Below are positions 1 through 8,168 of a DNA stretch of 64,000 nucleotides, in pieces. The position numbers and the translations under genes are program-made. Each line of letters starts with the position of its first letter. Position 1 is the first letter of the stretch. The stretch comes from an uncultured virus (IMG/VR IMGVR_UViG_3300043464_001377) (lineage: Duplodnaviria > Heunggongvirae > Uroviricota > Caudoviricetes), in IMG/VR virus record IMGVR_UViG_3300043464_001377. One strand, 5' to 3'. The notes beneath the pieces were generated by a model. That model had not been told where the DNA came from. It was given only the letters and a program-made list of their open reading frames with translations, and did not search any database.

Positions 1-13
1 CACTATCGGCCTG

Positions 14-127
14 ATCGCAAAGGCAGGCGGCGAGCCGTTGACCGCAGACGCCGCTAGGACGGCTGGCGAGGTGGCGGCATTCCACGCCGTGCTGGCGTAC
101 ATCAACAACGGTTGGAAGGCAGAGTAG
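14..127 (+). repeat. Direct repeat, identical to 1154-1267 (3' end of a duplicated small gene)
   Basis: atcgcaaaggcaggcggc...ggaaggcagagtag matches base for base; both copies are followed by cacAGAAC. Confidence 0.97.
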
Positions 128-131
128 CCAC

Positions 132-217
132 AGAACGTGTACGATCAACAGCCGCGAACTAAGGAGGCGGCGACTATGAGCGATACGAATGAGCGGTCTG
201 TTGCATCGGCTGGTTCT
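132..217 (-). repeat. attC-like hairpin site 1
   Basis: AGAAC-gtgta-CGAT-CAACAG-CCGC...GCGG-[T]-CTGTTG-[C]-ATCG-gctg-GTTCT: R boxes, unpaired spacer, two extrahelical bases. Confidence 0.8.
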
Positions 218-502
218 CAGCCGGTGGCGTGGAGCGTCGATTGGGATGGAGAGATAGATTGCGATTTCGTCTATCGCGACAGAGAGAGCGCGATGGATGT
301 CATTGCCGACAACGACGAAACCAGCGGCGTCGTTGTCCCGCTCTACCGCCAGCCGCAGCCCACGCTCACCGACGAGGAGCGGCACGCAATCGCGGTCGTC
401 CGCAACTGCGCCATGACGCGAGCCGAGCGGTTTCTGACGCAGAGCGATGCGGAGAGGGAAGCGACACTTGTGCTGTGGAGATTGCGGGAACGGCTTGGCT
501 AG
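176..502 (+). CDS. Hypothetical cassette protein (QPVAW...VVPLYRQPQPTLTDEER type)
   Basis: AAGGAGG RBS and ATG176 lie inside the loop of hairpin 1. Confidence 0.75.
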   Translation: MSDTNERSVASAGSQPVAWSVDWDGEIDCDFVYRDRESAMDVIADNDETSGVVVPLYRQPQPTLTDEERHAIAVVRNCAMTRAERFLTQSDAEREATLVLWRLRERLG

Positions 503-583
503 CGCTGGCGATCAGCGGCATCGAACACAGGAGCAACCATGACGAACGAGGCGAATGAGATGTCCGCTGCATCGCGTGGTTCT
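499..583 (-). repeat. attC-like hairpin site 2 (degenerate left R box)
   Basis: GCGAT-CAGCGG-CATC...GATG-[T]-CCGCTG-[C]-ATCGC-gtg-GTTCT. Confidence 0.75.
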
Positions 584-913
584 CGCGGCGACACGCTTTC
601 GGTCCTTCGCACGCTGATCGACGGCGTGCGTGGCATGGGGCTGGGCGACCCGGACAGTGGCGACCGAGTTGAGGCGAGCGATGTGGTGCGGTGGGCTGTC
701 GATGAGATTGAGCAGCAGCGAGGGAGCCTCCAGTGGCTACACGGCCTCTTGACAGAGGCAGAGGAGAGGCTTGCAAGACTGCGGCTCACCGACGAGGAGC
801 GGGCGGCGGTGGATGACGGGATTGATTCTGTGTCGGGCGATGAATCGCTGTCGCCATCACAGCGGAGGGAGATCGCCACCTCGCTACGCGGGTTGTTGCG
901 GCGACTAGGCTGA
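539..913 (+). CDS. Hypothetical cassette protein
   Basis: AGGAG RBS and ATG inside hairpin 2; C-terminus LTDEER...LLRRLG resembles that of 176-502. Confidence 0.75.
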   Translation: MTNEANEMSAASRGSRGDTLSVLRTLIDGVRGMGLGDPDSGDRVEASDVVRWAVDEIEQQRGSLQWLHGLLTEAEERLARLRLTDEERAAVDDGIDSVSGDESLSPSQRREIATSLRGLLRRLG

Positions 914-957
914 GAACGCCAGCGATCAGCGGCTCGTCCGCAGCATCGCGTGGTTCT
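913..957 (-). repeat. attC-like hairpin site 3 (45 bp, minimal)
   Basis: AGAAC-gcca-GCGAT-CAGCGG-ctcg-[T]-CCGCAG-[C]-ATCGC-gtg-GTTCT. Confidence 0.8.
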
Positions 958-991
958 GTGGTTTGTTGGATTACACAACAGGAGGATCGAA

Positions 992-1267
992 ATGCTCTAC
1001 AACGCAATCAAGCGGCGAGACAACCTCATCTCGGGGCTGCGAGACTCGCAGGAGTTTTTTTGCAACGCCATGAACAGGCAGCATGGCAGCCTCATCGACT
1101 GGATGCGGTGGCAGATTGAGAAGCGAGAGACGCGGCTAGACACCATAGGACTCATCGCAAAGGCAGGCGGCGAGCCGTTGACCGCAGACGCCGCTAGGAC
1201 GGCTGGCGAGGTGGCGGCATTCCACGCCGTGCTGGCGTACATCAACAACGGTTGGAAGGCAGAGTAG
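992..1267 (+). CDS. Hypothetical cassette protein (second copy ends at window position 127)
   Basis: AGGAGG RBS then ATG992; 3' part duplicated at 14-127. Confidence 0.8.
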   Translation: MLYNAIKRRDNLISGLRDSQEFFCNAMNRQHGSLIDWMRWQIEKRETRLDTIGLIAKAGGEPLTADAARTAGEVAAFHAVLAYINNGWKAE

Positions 1268-1271
1268 TCAC

Positions 1272-1357
1272 AGAACACGCAGGATCAGGAGCGGCGAGAC
1301 ATGAACACCGACAACACGCAGGACGCGGCCGAGCCGTCTCTTGCATCCGCTGGTTCT
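1272..1357 (-). repeat. attC-like hairpin site 4
   Basis: AGAAC-acgca-GGAT-CAGGAG-CGGC...GCCG-[T]-CTCTTG-[C]-ATCC-gctg-GTTCT; compensatory changes relative to site 1. Confidence 0.8.
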
Positions 1358-1642
1358 CACTTCGACCGCGCCGCCGAAGACCATGCCATGTCTCGCGGCT
1401 GGATGCCGCACAGACCGGAAACGTGGCCGTACCGATACGCGACACTGAAACGCGACGCTTTGATGCTGCACCTGCGAGACAGCAAGGAAGTAGAGATTCC
1501 CATTCCTGCCGGTAGCACGGTCAAACTCGTCATGGTGTCTAGGTTTGGGGACGTTGGCGTCACGGAAGACCTGACGGCAGAGAAGGGGTACGGCGTGCGA
1601 CTGCCACTATGTGACCTGTGCGACTGGCGAGACGAGCCGTAA
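1301..1642 (+). CDS. Hypothetical cassette protein
   Basis: ATG inside hairpin 4; ORF ends just before site 5. Confidence 0.75.
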   Translation: MNTDNTQDAAEPSLASAGSHFDRAAEDHAMSRGWMPHRPETWPYRYATLKRDALMLHLRDSKEVEIPIPAGSTVKLVMVSRFGDVGVTEDLTAEKGYGVRLPLCDLCDWRDEP

Positions 1643-1647
1643 GCGTG

Positions 1648-1692
1648 AGAACACCAGCGATCAGCGGCTCGTCCGCTGCATCGCGTGGTTCT
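1648..1692 (-). repeat. attC-like hairpin site 5 (45 bp)
   Basis: AGAAC-acca-GCGAT-CAGCGG-ctcg-[T]-CCGCTG-[C]-ATCGC-gtg-GTTCT. Confidence 0.8.
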
Positions 1693-1713
1693 GTGGGCGT
1701 AAAGGAGACGACG

Positions 1714-2121
1714 ATGGACGACATTATCAGTCGCATCACGAACTACTTAGCCAACGGCGGACTTTTCAACCCGGAATACATGGAGCATGAAAAAGTGCGA
1801 CGATTGCTTATGGACTGCCGCGACGAAGTGATTGCTGCCAGCACGCTAACAGGCATGATGCTTGAAGGCACTGGGCAACGGGCTGCCGAAAGTGTGGCAG
1901 AGCGTGTCATCAACGGGCAGACAGTTGGAGTGTGGATTCCCGTGAGCGAGCGACTGCCGGAAAAAAACGAACCTGTATGCGTTGTCTGTGGAGGGAAGGT
2001 AACTGTTGGCACATACAGCCCGATGATGGATGACTGGTGGGCGTTGGTGTTGCCTGTTACCGGCATTCAGCCAACCGATAGCGTCACCCACTGGTTGCCG
2101 CTGCCGGGGTCGCCGACATGA
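1714..2121 (+). CDS. Hypothetical protein with C-terminal DUF551-like domain
   Basis: WIPVSERLPE...VTHWLPLP motif; AAGGAG RBS. Confidence 0.75.
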   Translation: MDDIISRITNYLANGGLFNPEYMEHEKVRRLLMDCRDEVIAASTLTGMMLEGTGQRAAESVAERVINGQTVGVWIPVSERLPEKNEPVCVVCGGKVTVGTYSPMMDDWWALVLPVTGIQPTDSVTHWLPLPGSPT

Positions 2122-2675
2122 CTTTCTGGTTCACTTCCGACACGCACTTCAACCACGCGAACATCATCGAACACTCGCGGCGGCCATTCGCCAGCCTGGA
2201 CGAGATGACCGAGACGATGGTGGCTCGCTGGAACGAGCGAGTCTTGCCTGGAGACATGGTCTTCCATCTTGGCGACTTCGCCTTATCGTGGGGCAAGAAG
2301 CACCACGAAACCATCGACGCCATCCTGGCTCGCCTGAACGGGCAGAAGTGGCTGATCTGCGGCAACCATGACAGGGACGAGGTCAAAAAGAATCCGCGAT
2401 GGGCGATGGTCAAAGACTACCATGAGATCAAGGTCGACCTCGGCGGCGCCCATAAGCAGCGGATCGTCATGTTCCACTACGCCATGCGAGTCTGGAACCA
2501 GATGCACAGAGGGTCGTGGCTTCTGCACGGGCACAGCCACGGAAACCTGTCGGACATCGGAGGCAAGTCTCTGGACGTTGGCGTCGACTGTCACGGGTTT
2601 CGGCCGGTGAGCGTGGAAGAAGTGGCAGAGTTCATGCGTAACAGAAACCCAGTGGCCTGTGACCATCATGCGTAG
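2118..2675 (+). CDS. Calcineurin-like metallophosphoesterase
   Basis: FTSDTHFNH, HLGDF, GNHD and HGHSH motifs. Confidence 0.92.
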   Translation: MTFWFTSDTHFNHANIIEHSRRPFASLDEMTETMVARWNERVLPGDMVFHLGDFALSWGKKHHETIDAILARLNGQKWLICGNHDRDEVKKNPRWAMVKDYHEIKVDLGGAHKQRIVMFHYAMRVWNQMHRGSWLLHGHSHGNLSDIGGKSLDVGVDCHGFRPVSVEEVAEFMRNRNPVACDHHA

Positions 2676-2955
2676 GAAATCAAAACACAAGGCCTACACA
2701 CTCGTGGAGGCCCTTGTAGTGCTGGCGATCATCGCCACGCTCATTGCCCTGCTGCTGCCAGCAATCCAGACGGCACGGGGACATGTGGCAGGAAAGGCGG
2801 CGGGGCCAAGCCAGCCGCCTGGGACTTGGCTGCTCACGACCGTCAAGCATGACGATCACTGGTGGGTCATGGCGGCGGCTTCGGCGACAGTCCCGGCGGC
2901 GTTCTGCCACCACCCTGACTGCCCGTGCCAGCACAGAAAGCCGGAGGCAGAGTGA
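2668..2955 (+). CDS. Small protein with prepilin-type N-terminal cleavage/methylation motif (DUF1559-like N-terminus)
   Basis: KAYTLVEALVVLAIIATLIALLLPAIQTAR; C-terminal HHPDCPC. Confidence 0.8.
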   Translation: MRRKSKHKAYTLVEALVVLAIIATLIALLLPAIQTARGHVAGKAAGPSQPPGTWLLTTVKHDDHWWVMAAASATVPAAFCHHPDCPCQHRKPEAE

Positions 2956-3157
2956 AGGCCACGCTCACGTTTACGCTGCCTGAAGAGCAAGGCGAGTACG
3001 ACTCCGGAAGTCCGCAAACTGTGCGAGGAAGTGCGGGCGATGATCCCCGGCGAAGTACTGGACGTTTGAGATGAGCCTCGACAAGTCAATCGCGCAAAAA
3101 AACTTGACCCTCGACGGCGAAGATCGCCATGCTCTGCTCTCAACTTCCGAGGCTTGT

Positions 3158-3751
3158 ATGGACACACGCATCACCTTTCCTCGATACTCCGGCCTGCGGT
3201 GCTTGATGATGCCCTACATCCAGGGCATGCCGGGCTCGGTGCCAGCCGAGTACGACGCCTACGCCGACGTCCTGCGGGACGTCTACGTGAAGCGTGGCGA
3301 CATCGGCTACCTGACCGTCGACGAGTCGGTGGTGATGGCTGGCAGGCCGCATCGGGGCGATCGAGCCAAGCATGGCCGGGCAATTCACACTGAGGCTGGC
3401 AAGCGGCCAGGAGGGTGCTGGGGCTGGGGCTCGTCGGACCTCGTTAGGCTCGACCGAGACGTGCAGATTCTCCTGGCAAACAGCCTGGATGGGTCGTGTG
3501 CTGTCTGGGACGCGACTCACGAGGACGCGAGCCTCGATGGAGACATCGGGCACGTCGCGGACCTGTATCCCTACGAGACTGCGACCCTCATGCGGGCCGG
3601 GGATGTCCACCAGGTCGGGATTCTCACGCCTCACGAGAGCCTGCCAGTCTGGCGAGACGTGCGTCGCCAGTTTCTACGAATCGTGGGCGGCGGAGTCCAT
3701 GGCCGCGAGGAGTACTTCACAGTCAATCCGATCATGCCAGGAGTGTGCTGA
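3158..3751 (+). CDS. Putative 2OG-Fe(II) oxygenase/cupin-fold protein
   Basis: IHTE...TPHESLP...RQFLRI resembles HxE...H...R spacing; fold is inferred. Confidence 0.45.
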   Translation: MDTRITFPRYSGLRCLMMPYIQGMPGSVPAEYDAYADVLRDVYVKRGDIGYLTVDESVVMAGRPHRGDRAKHGRAIHTEAGKRPGGCWGWGSSDLVRLDRDVQILLANSLDGSCAVWDATHEDASLDGDIGHVADLYPYETATLMRAGDVHQVGILTPHESLPVWRDVRRQFLRIVGGGVHGREEYFTVNPIMPGVC

Positions 3752-4041
3752 TGGACATCGTTGAGCGACTGCGTCGAGAGATTGCCCGGGAGCCGCAACT
3801 AGGCGACACGCTGGAAGAAGCCGCGAGTGAGATCGAGAAACTCCGATCCTTGACGCGATTTCAGGATGGCGTGATTCGCAGCGGCGATGTCGCAACCTTG
3901 GCAACCGACGAGAGAATCGCTGTTCAGCATGCTGCCGACACATTCGGCGCATTCGGCTTCGACAACGACGACGAAACTTGTGCCCGCATTCAGATGACAC
4001 TGATTTCCCTCATCGAAAGGCTCTCCAAGCATGACGCTTGA
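3751..4041 (+). CDS. Hypothetical protein
   Basis: MDIVERLR...EEAASEIEKLR, a common phage N-terminus; coupled to neighbours. Confidence 0.65.
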   Translation: MDIVERLRREIAREPQLGDTLEEAASEIEKLRSLTRFQDGVIRSGDVATLATDERIAVQHAADTFGAFGFDNDDETCARIQMTLISLIERLSKHDA

Positions 4042-4336
4042 CGAACTGATCCTCGCTGTCGAAGACTGGGCTGCGGCTCGGAAGATCGTGCCGAACAGCA
4101 CGCCCCAGGCTCAACTAATGAAGACCATGAGCGAACTCGGCGAACTCGCCGACGCGACCCTCAAGAGCGACCTCGAAGGCAAGATCGACGGCCTTGGGGA
4201 CGTGCTGGTGACGCTGATCATCTACGCCCAACTCTCTGGCTTGACTCTTCGCCACAGCCTGGAGTCGGCGTACCGGACCATCAAAGATCGTCGCGGGCAT
4301 CTCACGCCCGAGGGCGTCTTCGTGAAGGAGGAGTGA
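4031..4336 (+). CDS. MazG-like NTP pyrophosphohydrolase
   Basis: QLMKTMSELGELA...DGLGDVLVTLII...AYRTIKDRRG...GVFVKE. Confidence 0.88.
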   Translation: MTLDELILAVEDWAAARKIVPNSTPQAQLMKTMSELGELADATLKSDLEGKIDGLGDVLVTLIIYAQLSGLTLRHSLESAYRTIKDRRGHLTPEGVFVKEE

Positions 4337-4746
4337 TGGCGAACAACAGGCTCTATCTTCGCGACACCGAGACCGGCGAGGAGATTCTGCTCGCCAAGGG
4401 ATACACCGGGTCGCACTGCTGGACCCTGCGGGACGGCACCGATCCACTCGCGGCGTGGCTCGAAGAGCATGACTTCGGCGCGGCAAATGGCGGCTACACG
4501 AGGCTCGTCGTCTACGACGAGAATCATCCTCCTGCTGGGACCGAGATCGCCGACAGGCTTCGAGAAAAGGGCGGGCTTTGCCTGGAGGCCGCATCGACGA
4601 TTGAGCATCTGCTCGCGATCAACGAGTCACTTCGTCGCGAGATTCGCTTGCAACGCAAAGAGATCGCTGGGCTGCGGGACGAGAGGCGAATGCTGCTCGA
4701 CGCCGAGCGGCCGAATTATGACGCGGATGGTGGGTGGCTTACTTAG
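4336..4746 (+). CDS. Hypothetical protein with coiled-coil C-terminus
   Basis: ORF coupled to the MazG gene, GGAGGAG RBS. Confidence 0.6.
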   Translation: MANNRLYLRDTETGEEILLAKGYTGSHCWTLRDGTDPLAAWLEEHDFGAANGGYTRLVVYDENHPPAGTEIADRLREKGGLCLEAASTIEHLLAINESLRREIRLQRKEIAGLRDERRMLLDAERPNYDADGGWLT

Positions 4747-4802
4747 GGTGCCGCTCTGGTCGGGCGTAAAATCGCGCTCGATTCGCACCAAGGAGGCAGG
4801 CT

Positions 4803-5156
4803 GTGGCGACGATCTCTTCACTTCCCGAGACGGTTGATCTTGAGTTCGTGATTGGCGACGAGTTCACCTTCGAGGTAAATCTAGGGCTGAATGTAACTGG
4901 ATACACTCTTCATGCAACCCTCTTCAGGGCCACGGCCTTTTCGGCCAACGGAGACATGATTGGCTGGGAGATGCTGGGCACCTTCACCCAATCGCCTATT
5001 GACCTTTCACAGGGCAGGCTCAGTCTGACTCTGAACGAGAGTCAGACTGGCTACATGAGCCCAAATGAAAACTACAGATGGAGCCTGCGATGGATCGCCC
5101 CAGGAACCATCACCAAGACTGTCCGCGCTGGAAAAGTCACTCCCAGGATGTTCTGA
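4803..5156 (+). CDS. Hypothetical beta-rich protein (possibly virion-associated)
   Basis: AAGGAGG RBS, GTG start; LEFVIGDEFTFEV...GKVT. Confidence 0.6.
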   Translation: MATISSLPETVDLEFVIGDEFTFEVNLGLNVTGYTLHATLFRATAFSANGDMIGWEMLGTFTQSPIDLSQGRLSLTLNESQTGYMSPNENYRWSLRWIAPGTITKTVRAGKVTPRMF

Positions 5157-5160
5157 TCCA

Positions 5161-5457
5161 GTGCCAGAGCGATTCCCTTTCTTCAAGCCCACGCGGGGCC
5201 GAAAGAGGCCCACGCGGGTCAGCGCCTTCCGGCGAGGCTATGGCGGCAAAGCCTGGGAGAGCCTCCGGCTGAAGGTGCTGCTCAGGGACAACTGGCAGTG
5301 CCGGGCCTGCCGCAGGGTCTGCTCTGATCCCAAAGAGGCCCACTGCGATCACATTGTGCCCAAGAGGCTGGGCGGGCCTGACTCCATGGAGAATCTCCAG
5401 TGCCTGTGTGCCCGCTGCAATGCCAAGAAGGTACATGAGGATGCCAGGCTTCAATAG
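5161..5457 (+). CDS. HNH endonuclease (terminase-associated, HK97 gp74-like)
   Basis: RRGYG..WESLRLKVLLRDNWQCRAC...DHIVPK..GG.D..NLQCLCARCN; lies upstream of terS. Confidence 0.92.
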   Translation: MPERFPFFKPTRGRKRPTRVSAFRRGYGGKAWESLRLKVLLRDNWQCRACRRVCSDPKEAHCDHIVPKRLGGPDSMENLQCLCARCNAKKVHEDARLQ

Positions 5458-6042
5458 AGGCCCCTGGCTTGCTCTCTGAGGGCCACTTGTCTGGATAGGC
5501 TATCCAGGGGCCAGAAATAAAATCAGCCCTCATATCTCAAATGAGAGCCTCCTGAGAGATTGGTACTTGGGGACTTCATTTTTCCAGTCCCCATATAGGG
5601 AAATCCTAGGAGTCTCAATTCAAAAGTAGAAGTCTTCAAGTACCAAAGAGTCAAAAACGCGAGTCAGGCTCGAATGATAATAGGGTTTTGTCTCCTATAT
5701 AGGGAAAGACTTGAACAGGAAAAGAGAAGTCATTGGGTGCCAATGAAGAGAGAGGCGGGGCTTGGCCTGGGCTCATGGGGGCAAGCAGCCCCAGGCCCTG
5801 GATGATTCAAGGAGTTCTCTGGGCGATTTTTACTTTACTGGCTTGGGCTTTTGTGCGAGGCTTGATCTTGCCCACTCCGGGGGAGTGTCTCGGCCGAAAT
5901 TGAAATTGAGGCCGAGACCCAGCCTGCGCCCTTCCGTGAGCGGCTGCAAAACTTTTCGGGGGGGCTTTTTCCCGAGAAAAACGCATATTTTGGTCGGCCA
6001 CCCTGGAAGACCGAGGAGCCGCCGAAAAAGTAGTCGGCACCC
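5458..6042. other. Non-coding, AT-richer, CpG-poor region; probable cos/packaging-initiation site
   Basis: Position between HNH and terS; palindromes TGGATAGgCTATCCA (5492-5506), GGGGACT..AGTCCCC (5569-5592), CCTATATAGG (5694-5703). Confidence 0.55.
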
Positions 6043-6507
6043 ATGGGACGTCCCCCAACTCCCACCAATCTGAAGGTCATCCGGGGAAATCCGGGCCAGC
6101 GACCGATCAACGCCGACGAGCCGAAGCCGCCTCCGGCGGACACGAATCCTCCGGCTCGTCTTGGCGGCGCCGCCCTCGACATGTGGAACGAGATCGTTCC
6201 GCTCCTGTCTGGCATGGGCGTGTTCACCCAGGCCGACCGGAGCGTCATCGAGCGGTACTGCCTCATGCACGAGCAGTGGCTCCACGTCGTGAAGCACGTT
6301 CAAGAACACGGCATGACCCAGTTGACTCAGACGGGGTACAGCCAACTGACAGCGGAGGGATCGTTGTTCAAAAGCCTGCCGGGGGAACTGATGCGGATCG
6401 AGCAACAGTTCGGCATGACTGCCGCCGCCCGGTCGACCATGAAGGTATCGAATGCCGCTGCCCAAGAAGACCCGCTGGAAGCGTATATCAAAAGCCGAGG
6501 CGCTTAG
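6043..6507 (+). CDS. terS: Terminase small subunit (P27 family)
   Basis: MGRPPTPTNLKVIRGNPGQRPIN...FGMTAAARS. Confidence 0.93.
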   Translation: MGRPPTPTNLKVIRGNPGQRPINADEPKPPPADTNPPARLGGAALDMWNEIVPLLSGMGVFTQADRSVIERYCLMHEQWLHVVKHVQEHGMTQLTQTGYSQLTAEGSLFKSLPGELMRIEQQFGMTAAARSTMKVSNAAAQEDPLEAYIKSRGA

Positions 6508-8119
6508 TCTCGGCTACGACTACTACTTCGACGAGGCCAAGGCGGCTCACGCCGTCGGCTTCTTCGAGAACTTTCTGATCCACTCCAAGGGTCAGTTCGC
6601 CGGAAAGCCGTTCACCCTCCTGCCCTGGCAGAAAGACGAGGTGATCGAGGAACTCTTCGGCTGGATGCGGGTCGACAACGACCAGCGTAGGTTCCGGGTC
6701 GGCTACATCGAGGTGCCCAAAAAAAATGGCGCCTTGGCCCCTGTGGCGTGGTAGCCACGGGGGCCAAGGTCGTCACACGGCAAATCGACTCTTCTCTCGG
6801 GCATCTCGCTCTATATGACTGTGGCTGACTCCGAGCCAGCCGCTGAGTGCTTCGGCGCGGCCACGTCCCGCGACCAAGCAGGCATTGTCTACAAGCAGAT
6901 GGCGGAACTTGTCCGCTCCAGCCCCTACCTGTCCAAGCGGCTGGAGATCGTCGACTCCCGCAAAACGATCGCCTGCGTTCCGACGAACTCGTTCTGGCGG
7001 GTCATTTCCAGCGACAGCCACCGAGCGGAAGGCCTCAACATCCACTCGCTCTGCTACGACGAGTTGCACTCAGCCAAGGACAGAAAACTCTGGGACGCGA
7101 TCCGCTACGGCGGCATTTCCCGTAGCCAAAGCCTCGTCCTGGCGATTACCACGGCTGGCTACGACCGATCGTCGATCTGCTACGAGCAGCACGAGCATGC
7201 CCTCAAGGTCATGCAAGACCCAAGTCTCGACCCCCAGTACTTCGCCTACATCGCGGCGGCCACCGCTGAAGATGACTACCGAGACCCGGAAGTCTGGCGG
7301 GCTGCGAATCCGTCGTTCGGCGTGACCATGGACGAGGAGAGTTTCAAGGCGGACGTCCGCGAGGCCGAGCAGTCGCCCTCCCGGCTCTCGTCATTCTTGC
7401 GTTATCGGCTCAACGTCTGGGTGGCGGGCACCGAGAAGTTCGTGAATCTGACTCAGTGGGAGCAGTGCAAGGGCCACTCCGGCCTGCTCGATTCGTCGCG
7501 GGTCTGGTATGGCGGGCTCGATCTTGCTCAGACCTGGGACGTCAACGCTTTCGTGGCGGTCTCGAAGGCCCACGACGACGTGTTCGACGTGATCTGCAAG
7601 TTCTGGATTCCAGCCGACAACGCCGACACTCGCCGCGAAGAGGTGCCGTACATCCAGTGGGCTAAAGACCCGAAGACCGGCCTGACGCTGACTCCCGGCG
7701 ACACATGCGACTACGAGTTCATCAAGCGGGACATCCTGAAGTTCGCCAAGGAGCGGACGGTCAGGCGGATCGCCACCGACCCATACAACTCGCATTACCT
7801 CGTCCAACAACTTCAGGCCGAAGGATTGGACGTGATAGGCTTCTCCCAGAACTTTTCGGCCATGAACGCGCCGACCCGCGCGCTCGACGGGCTGATCTCG
7901 CAGGGACGCCTGCGGACGAATGACAATCCGATCCTGAACTGGATGGCCGGAAATTGCACGATAAAGACCAACGCCGATGGCTACATCAAGATCGCCAAGC
8001 CAGCGGCCATGAGTCCAGCCCGAGTGGACGGCATGATCGCGCTCGTCATGGCTCTCGCACTTGCCAGCGATGCCGAGGCTGCTCCGAAGATGGCCGATCC
8101 GGAGATCATCTTGCTGTGA
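6452..8119 (+). CDS. terL: Terminase large subunit (Terminase_1 type), interrupted at 6731-6781 by a 51-nt insert with in-frame TAG
   Basis: LLPWQ, EVPKKNG|KST Walker A, YDELH Walker B, ITTAG, GGLDLA, RVDGMIA; both halves are in the same frame. Confidence 0.93.
6731..6781 (+). other. Hairpin insert in terL Walker A; candidate translational bypass element
   Basis: 17-bp stem 6731-6747/6754-6770 with TAG at 6752-6754, flanked by GGC 6728-6730 and GGC 6779-6781. Confidence 0.7.
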
Positions 8120-8168
8120 ACTTGTTCCATCGCGGGTCGATGACGATCAATGAGTGCAAGGGGGCACA

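Noticed and set aside
132..1692. CRISPR array
   Set aside because: Repeats vary in length and sequence, are separated by whole genes (about 280-330 bp), and no cas genes are present; the architecture fits attC-like sites.
5762..6073. ORFs in the HNH-terS gap
   Set aside because: No RBS, atypical composition and low-information translations; the region is more likely non-coding.
6752..6754. Genome-wide TAG reassignment (alternative genetic code)
   Set aside because: TAG ends several genes at the expected place (terS 6505-6507, tail chaperone 29772-29774, tape measure 34723-34725), and readthrough would still disrupt the P-loop.
6731..6781. Group I/II intron or intein in terL
   Set aside because: 51 nt is far too short for a ribozyme, and it contains a stop and no intein motifs.
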